Part shown: piece after piece, positions 58,901-64,000 of the stretch
Layout of the letters: each line of letters opens with the position of its first letter
Position numbering within the stretch: position 1 is the stretch's first letter
Origin: Cladosporium halotolerans
Lineage: Eukaryota
Assembly (NCBI RefSeq): GCF_011745625.1
Contig: NW_027191505.1
Span: forward strand, 1 to 64,000
Reading direction: 5' to 3'
DNA length: 64,000 nt
Translations under genes and position numbers: made by a program
The notes under the pieces: model-generated
Told to the model about the DNA's origin: nothing
Database searches by the model: none
The model's input: the letters and a program-made list of their open reading frames with translations, nothing else

Positions 58901-59910
58901 CGAGGATCATGCTGATCTTGCCGTTGAACTGTTTGCAGAGTACGACCGAGAATTGCTGCTTCAGTTTTTGCAAACCAGCGAGGTCTACAATTACGACAAG
59001 GCGGGCGCTATTTGCGAGCAGAGGCACTACATCCCTGAGCTTGTGCATGTCCTCAGCAAAACTGGCCAACTGAAGCGCGCCCTGTGGCTCATCATCGGCG
59101 AGCTTGGAGACGTCAAGAAGGCAATCGAGTTCGTCAAAGGTAATCCTGACCTCTGGGAGGATTTGCTTGAGTATGGCATGGACAAACCGGCTTTTATCCG
59201 TGGCTTGCTGGAGGAGGTGGGCACCGCGGTCGATCCGGCTGAACTCGTCCGCCGCATTCCTCTTGGTCTTGAAATCGAGGGCCTGAAGGAGGGCATCATG
59301 CGCTTGGTAAAGGAGTACGAAATCCAATACTCCATCTCCGAAGGTGTAGCCAAAGTTCTTGAAGGCGAGGTCGCGATGGGCATGGACACGCTCCGTGCTG
59401 GCCAGAAGAAAGCTGTCCGCTTCGAAGTGATGCACGAGTCGGCCTCGGATGTCGACGTGATCACCCACGATGTGCCAACGAGACTAGAAGGCGAGGAAAC
59501 CCTACCCGTCGCCAAGCGCAAAGTCCCCAAAGAAAGCAGAGAGGTCAAGCCCGGACATTGTGCGGGCTGCCACGAGGCTTTCCACGAAGAAGGTGAACCA
59601 CCACTGGGCCCAATATCTATTGCCAGACTCACGCTGACAGACCATCGCAGAAACTCTCCCTCTCCTCGGCTTTGCTTGCGGCCACGTCTATCACCTCCCG
59701 TGCCTTTTACGCGCAAACCCGGACACTGCCGACGACGCCACTGTCGATCGCCTTATGGCCCAGCTCGGCTATGGAAACTCGACTGCCGACGACTCCGACG
59801 AGCCGGCGTACACGGGTCGCAGTGTCGGCGGCAAAGTCGCGCATGCACATGTTGTACGAAATGTCGTTGAGGGTGGTTGTCGGTGCTGCGTTGTACCCGA
59901 TGGCGCTTGA
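55992..59910 (+). CDS. VPS41: HOPS subunit Vps41; intron 59593-59650
   Basis: EEDEPKLKYAKL, ATSSIDGHV, RPVQAVALSPDY, clathrin-repeat region (LWEDLL.Y..DKP.FI.GLL, RIP.GLEIEGLK). The spliced last exon restores the RING-like CAGC..FACGHVYH..C. Confidence 0.94.
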
Positions 59911-60373
59911 TTGGTAATCGAATTCGTTATAGCGAGGTGTTTCTATGGTCATTCGGTTCCCATTGGTAGCGATGATGGCAGGGTATCGTGTAATCCTGGA
60001 CGCATTTCGTGAGGGAGTCTGGGACGTAAATGTGAAGGGCGGAATACGGCATTTGCCCACGTGATGTATCATTGTATATACCCTTTCGTGTGCCAGCGAA
60101 TGGCATGATTCGTACCAGGTTCTTTTTGGTCTGCTCCAATTGACCAACATTCGGGAAATGCTTTCGCCCGTACATCACACGTCGTGCATCTGGCGCACGT
60201 GGTTCGCGCGGATGTCCTCCGCTGTCATGTCATGTACTCCACGCCCTTCACGCCCACCCGCGGACGAGAGGCCTTTGCCAAGTATTACACCCTTCTCTCT
60301 TCGCAGACATGCATATACAGCGTGTTATCACCCTGAAAAAGCCAATCAACCTCCAAAAACTTCCCTTCTCACA

Positions 60374-61612
60374 ATGAACACCTACGCCTCAGACTCAGAT
60401 AGCTACGACACCGTCATCGTCGGCGCTGGCATCGTCGGCTCCGCTCTCGCAGCATTTCTCTCAGAAGATGAAGACTCTGGCCGTATCTTGCTGATTGACA
60501 GATCGATCTCACAAGTTTTTGGCTCCACCGCTTACGCTCCGGGATTCTTGGGACAGTTCAACGAGAGTCCCGTTCTGACGAGGTTGGCTATTGAGTCGCT
60601 CGGCGAGTATGAGAACTTCCCAGATATCTTCTGTCGCGCTGGTGGATTGGAGCTTGCAAGGACGAAGGATGGGGTGCGGATGCTGGAGGAACGGTGCGAG
60701 AAAGCGAGAGGGGCTGGATTGCGGGCGACGATGCTCGAGAAAGAGGAGGCCGAGGGTGTTGTACCTGGGTTCGTGAGCAGGGAGTCTTTCACGCGTGCTT
60801 TGTATTTTGCTACAGACGGTGTCGCAGATCCTGAGAAGCTCTGTCTGGCTTTTCGCCAGAAGGCTAGGGAGAGAGGGGTGCAAATGCTGGAGGCTGAGGT
60901 GGAAGGGCTTGAGATTATCGAGGGCGTTGTGCGTGGTGTCAGAACCGATGGTGATAGGATCCTGAAGGGGCAGAGGGTCATTCTTGCCACGGGCATATGG
61001 ACCTCGCTGCTGACGCAGTCGGCTCTGGACATTCACGTCCCGGTAGTGCCTGTCGCGCACCCCTACGTGTACACGCCAGGGAAGGATCGCAGCCCACAAA
61101 CGCCATTCTGCCGCTGGCCGGAGGACCACGTCTACGCTAGAGACCACGGGGACTGCTATGGAATTGGTTCTTACGATCACTCGCCGATGCTCGTTCATTC
61201 CCCAGGCACCACTGGCAGCGAGCCCTGGACGAACGCGGATTTTGCGCCCGTCATTGAAAAGGCTGTAAAGGCAAAAATCGCTGTTGACGCAGAGCTGTCC
61301 AAGCTGACCGACCTCAACTCGTCTGCCGGGTTGAAGAAGGTTAATGGGGTCTTCTCCGTCACGCCTGATAACTTGCCTTTGCTTGGACGGGTTCCTGGCG
61401 CAAAGGGTTTGTGGCTCGCGGCTGCGATTTGGATCACTCACGCAGCTGGGTCGGCAAGGTTATTGGCACGGGTGATGCGCGGCAGAGAAGGCGATGGGGA
61501 AATGGCGAGGGCACTGGATCCGGCGAGGTTCGCGGACGGGAATAAGAAAGGGTTGGAAGCGTTGGCGCTGAGGCAGTATAATGATATCTATAGGTCTGAG
61601 CTGGCTAAGTAA
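60374..61612 (+). CDS. FAD-dependent oxidoreductase, DAO/sarcosine-dimethylglycine oxidase family
   Basis: VIVGAGIVG dinucleotide motif, GSTAYAPG, VILATGIW, NGVFSVTPDNLPLLG, AIWITHAAG. Confidence 0.88.
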   Translation: MNTYASDSDSYDTVIVGAGIVGSALAAFLSEDEDSGRILLIDRSISQVFGSTAYAPGFLGQFNESPVLTRLAIESLGEYENFPDIFCRAGGLELARTKDGVRMLEERCEKARGAGLRATMLEKEEAEGVVPGFVSRESFTRALYFATDGVADPEKLCLAFRQKARERGVQMLEAEVEGLEIIEGVVRGVRTDGDRILKGQRVILATGIWTSLLTQSALDIHVPVVPVAHPYVYTPGKDRSPQTPFCRWPEDHVYARDHGDCYGIGSYDHSPMLVHSPGTTGSEPWTNADFAPVIEKAVKAKIAVDAELSKLTDLNSSAGLKKVNGVFSVTPDNLPLLGRVPGAKGLWLAAAIWITHAAGSARLLARVMRGREGDGEMARALDPARFADGNKKGLEALALRQYNDIYRSELAK

Positions 61613-61676
61613 TTACTAAATGGGGAATCAATAGAGGATCGCGTGCTGTTTCTATTATGTTTCTACGGCAGAGCAC

Positions 61677-63683
61677 CTAGCGAGCCATGGGGCCGCAGCC
61701 AGCTTCGTTCATGCTCCCTGTGAGCTCAGGGAACAGTTCGGTCGAATTCCTGTCTTTGACGATGTAGCTGCAAATGGTCGCAGAATCGTTCTGGATAGCG
61801 GCCACCTGCTCGTCGGTGCAAGAACCGCTCATATCCTGTGTGTAGCAGAATTGCAGCGGTTGGGCCTCAAGTGGTTTGTTGGTGATGTTGTAGGTGGTGG
61901 CCGGGCCGACAGTCGTATAGTTACTGGGGTTAACCTCAACCTTGCCTGTCGAAATATCACGGCCAAACAAAGCGCGCATGAACACCTGGTAGGCGGTCTC
62001 TGGCTGGTAGAAGGGAACCTCGTGGCCGGCCTCATAGATGCGGGAGAAGGACAGATTCCCATGTTGTCGTGTCTGACCGCCAATGTACGAGTCGTTTGTG
62101 CGGAGGGGCGCGTAGCCTGCGGCATGGAAGGACTCATTTTGCGCGTGCGGAATAGCTAATGAGACTTGCTCACCGCCGTACCAGTTGCAAGCGAAATCCC
62201 GGTCGCCATACATCATGGCAACTTTCACACCGTTATCGAGGAGGTAAGCCATGTCGCCGAGGGAGGCATCGCGGGGATATGCGCCCAAGGCGTTGAAGGC
62301 TCTCTTAGTCGTGCCGGAGAATGATGTCCAGTTTAGCGGGACGCCAAGGGCCTCTTGGACGTGCTGCTGGTTGAGGAAGCCTCTATAGAAGGGGGGCGGT
62401 GTGGGCGCCGGATCAAAAGTGCCGATGTCGAAGTATGCACGACCTGTCGAGTTGCGGTAGACGTCCATGATGTTCGTGTAGCAGAAGGTCTCAGCAGCCG
62501 CGCAGATTTCGTTGACGGCATCGTTGTTGTCAAGATTGAGCGGGTCATGAATACTAGCAGCCTCGTGGCAGAGGAGCACTTGGTCTCTGCAGCCTCCTGG
62601 CATTTCCCACGCCTCCACCATTCCCTGCGCTTGGGACTCGTTGATCGCGCGGCTGCCGTACGTGTTGTTGTAAGCCATGGTGACATATTCAGGCCACATG
62701 GTCAAGCGGTCTGCGCAGCCATTGATGATAAGCAATGTGTCGAGGTTCAGAGGCGTTGCGTGGGTGCCGTTGCTGACGAGAGAGCTATTCGCAATTTTGT
62801 GATTTTGCTCCTCGAAGTAGGCCGCGAACTCAGGTCCCCAGCGACCTCCCTAGCGGACGGGGTCAGTGAAAGTGCTGAACGGATGATCGTACGACGAAGA
62901 CTTACAAAAGACTCTGTCGTGACGGAGATCCGTGAGTTGTTGGGATGATACTCCGGAAACTCCTGGGTGAAGGTCTGCATAAAATGCCAAGCGGCTTTGG
63001 CAGCGTCACGAACACCATGAGCTGTGTGGTTGCTGTTCTGACTTGGATACGTTCCAACGATGAGCGTGTTGTTCTGCTCTGGAACTACCGTACCGTTGTT
63101 CTCAAGAACAGTGATGTCGTTCTCGGCGAGGTTTTTGGTGACATTTTGTAGGATGTCGTAGCTAAAGCCGACTTGCACCGGCTGGTCGAGATAGAGCATG
63201 TTGACCTCATTATTCCACGACCATTCATTGAGATATGTCGAATTGGAATCCGAATTGACGTGGCACGGGCCATTCTCTGCGAAGAGTCCAGTCATGGATG
63301 AAGAACCGGGTCCACCGTTCAACCAGATGGCCAGGGGAGCATTCTGGGGGTCTTTTCTGGCTTCAAAAAACCAGAAGAATGAGTTGATCGGGAAATTCTG
63401 ATGACTGTCGCCGGTGTCGTTCAGTGCTCCTGGAGGAAGGTGAACGTAGCCGGTGTAACTCCGCACGCCTTCCGTTGTTTCGCAGATGTCGTTCTGTTGC
63501 TCAATCAGTCATGGCCTCAGATCATTCATGCAACTGAAAGCACCATACCTCCTTGTAGCTGATCTGTACACCGTCGTGAAATCTCGAATCGAGTACTGTA
63601 GTGCCTTGAGGCTTTGGCGGAGACTGCGCGACGGCGAAACCCGTGCTTAGTGCGCTTGCACCGACAAGCTGAGAGAGTCTCAT
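61677..63683 (-). CDS. Secreted serine carboxypeptidase (S10); introns 63494-63548 and 62850-62905
   Basis: Signal peptide [49 protein letters not shown], spliced [30 protein letters not shown]. The catalytic triad appears intact. Confidence 0.92.
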
Positions 63684-64000
63684 CGTTTCTCGTCGTGTAG
63701 GGAGGGGATGAGGTCAGGCTCGAAATCCGGAAGCGGATGGACGAGGATGTTATTATAGCTTCAAGTCGCGGCTCCAATGACAAAAGCGAGTGTGGTCATC
63801 GCTCAAGAAACCAATGAATTACGGGGCTGAATGATAATCTAAACGGCCAGCTTCACGTTTGGTTGCATAGTGACGTATAGTCTGCTTGAACAGCCCATAT
63901 ATCGTCGCAATTCATATTGTGCGCCTCCCTTTCAAGGTGATGCGGATGCCGCATACAGCAATTCGAGATCCCGTCCCACGTCAAATGGAGCAGACGTTGA

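Noticed and set aside
2198..59910. Four trafficking/tethering genes (VPS51, TIP20, SRO7, VPS41) as a functional cluster
   Set aside because: Different complexes, spread over 58 kb among unrelated genes; chance is sufficient.
62747..62905. Apparent break in the carboxypeptidase ORF
   Set aside because: Explained by canonical intron 62850-62905, which restores TESFGGRWGP; not a pseudogene.

Overview
Gene-dense, GC-rich eukaryotic DNA from a filamentous ascomycete. Short GT..CTRAC..YAG introns and Capnodiales-style BTB-only genes suggest a Dothideomycete (Mycosphaerellales-like); this placement is inference. About 27 genes are recognisable, mostly conserved housekeeping: MAM33, VPS51, an RNAi-type RNA-dependent RNA polymerase, RMI1, TIP20, ASF1, SRO7, HRT3/FBXO9, MTM1, SKI3, SMC4, an SPT small subunit, GAR1, an NSUN3/4-like m5C methyltransferase, two BTB paralogues, an F-box protein, DHH1, a rhomboid protease, HRD1, GUP1, ARP4, a CBM1 secreted protein, an RMND1/DUF155 protein, VPS41, a DAO-family oxidoreductase and an S10 carboxypeptidase. 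I saw no rRNA, tRNA, CRISPR or autonomous transposon. I could not identify a clear-cut novel multi-gene system. The most notable signals are: (1) recurrent, orientation-independent C-rich to G-rich skew flips inside genes; (2) a nested hairpin repeat with Helitron-like 3' ends in the RdRP promoter; (3) a CBM1 gene frameshifted by a perfect 16-bp tandem duplication; (4) an NSUN3/4-type enzyme with a possible stwintron-like 5' leader; (5) a four-Cys loop in MTM1 resembling the SLC25A39 Fe-S sensor; (6) a decaying BTB duplication that reads antisense into its neighbour. Exon boundaries were read by eye and need RNA-seq confirmation.
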